Below are positions 62,745 through 64,000 of a stretch of 64,000 bases of DNA, one piece after another. Each line of letters opens with the position of its first letter. Position 1 is the stretch's first letter. The DNA lies in assembly GCA_002189035.1 (NCBI GenBank), contig CM007991.1, forward strand, positions 3,410,001 through 3,474,000, written 5' to 3'. The notes under the pieces were generated by a model that did not search any database, was not told where the DNA came from, and saw only the letters and a list, made by a program, of their open reading frames with translations. A program made the translations under genes and the position numbers. Origin of the DNA: Utricularia gibba. Lineage: Eukaryota; Plantae; Magnoliophyta.

Positions 62745-64000
62745 GGCTCAACAACTGGGCAGAGGAACCTCAATTTATACACAGAACGCCATGGAAACAG
62801 GGTTTTAAATTATTAAAAAAAACAAAGTGTTTGTGTAATAGGTCATATGTCGGTTCAAGCTTTAAAAAAAGTTTCTTTTTTAAAGTAAACACCAATTATA
62901 TCCAATTTGTCAAGCTTTTAAATAGTGAAAATTAGTTACATTAAATTTTCAATAATATAGATGATTAACAAAGCAATGGTAATCATTTTATAATATTTTA
63001 AATAGTAAAAATCAATCATATCAATTTTTGCTCAAAAAACATGGTTCAATACGACCGGCTCCGGGCAAGATTAGAAACGCTGTGCTGACTGTACTTTCTC
63101 AAAAATAATGGGCCATCTAATTATATATATATATATAATTTTAATAATACTGCCAATTTTTACATTATTTATGCCCAATTACATGATCCAGCCCAACTGC
63201 TTCGGCCAGCTAGTTAAAAATCTAGGCCCAAAAAGAGCCCAACTAGAGGGCCTACTTCAATTACGTGGCCTTTTTTTTACTCAACTATTAAATCAAAATA
63301 AATCGTTTTGGACATGATATTAATTAAATTTAAATTATTATAAAATAAAAAAACGAATCACATCTCAATTACCAGTCAATCACGTTTATATCATAATTTA
63401 AGATCTAAATTTTGAATGAATCATTTTATATTTTTTAATAAAAATATTTAATTACATTCTATTTGACAATGGAGATCTTGAAACCTCTCGTAAGCGATGG
63501 AAAGAAGTAAAAACTGGATCGATAGGGAGAGGGATTAAATTGGTCTGAAAAAATTAAAGATTCAATCATAATTTTGAACATGATCAAACTAATTGTACAA
63601 ACGAAATAGTTAATATTTAGTTGGGGGTATAAAGGGAGATTAATTAATGGGTATTAGATATTACTGTGTTGTTTGATTTGCGAGTTTATATATCCCAAGA
63701 TTATACATATATTTGATAAACCGTGTTGGTGGGATTATGTAAAGTAACAACACCCTAAAAGATTTAACCTTGATTTTTAAAAATGATAATTACTATTAAT
63801 ATCACGTTGTCACAACATTCTACCTCAATGATTGTTTAGAATCCGCCAATTTAGGACACTCCAAACAAAAAACAATTGAAGACAAATGATGATGAGCAAA
63901 AAGCTTGTGGTTACACAAATTCCCACTATCCTCTCACTTCATCCATTCAATCAGAAGTCCATACCTTCAGAAGACAGCAAAAAAGAGTCACATTACAAAA

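Noticed and set aside
1-64000. CRISPR arrays, rRNA, tRNA, intact transposase or reverse-transcriptase ORFs
   Set aside because: None seen: no regularly spaced repeats, no cloverleaf or T-loop motifs outside CDS, and no TE protein motifs in the ORF track.

Overview
Gene-dense eudicot plant nuclear DNA with about 18 protein-coding genes in 64 kb and mostly 65-110 nt GT-AG introns. No rRNA, tRNA or CRISPR array was found. Gene order: cyclin B3 (5'-truncated), tandem-SLT (lytic transglycosylase-fold) protein, cytosolic PGK, WW/zinc-ribbon protein, SAUR, two CYP96A-type P450s in a head-to-tail segmental duplication (~15.0-21.3 kb and ~21.3-26.1 kb), JUB1-like NAC, BOI/BRG RING E3, RPL27, NAL1-like protease, cyclophilin CYP59, ARM/BTB protein, an uncharacterised plant protein, miR164-targeted NAC1, BES1/BZR1 homolog (BEH3/4), NIP1 aquaporin and a GDSL lipase. 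Main caveat: about ten apparent frameshifts in six genes, including RPL27, are almost all one-base shortenings of short homopolymers, so they are probably assembly errors rather than pseudogenisation. The most interesting leads are: the two-domain SLT protein with catalytic asymmetry and a CaaX tail; the P450 duplication that also copied the NAC gene's upstream region, including a 96-bp invariant W-box palindrome block; an LTR-like insert flanked by a ~60-bp duplication; an intron in a normally intronless P450 family; and candidate non-coding RNAs (a miR482/2118 mimic-like site and an orphan C/D-box element). I could not support a wholly new biological system, and the ncRNA leads are speculative. 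Family assignments come from recalled motifs, not database searches.
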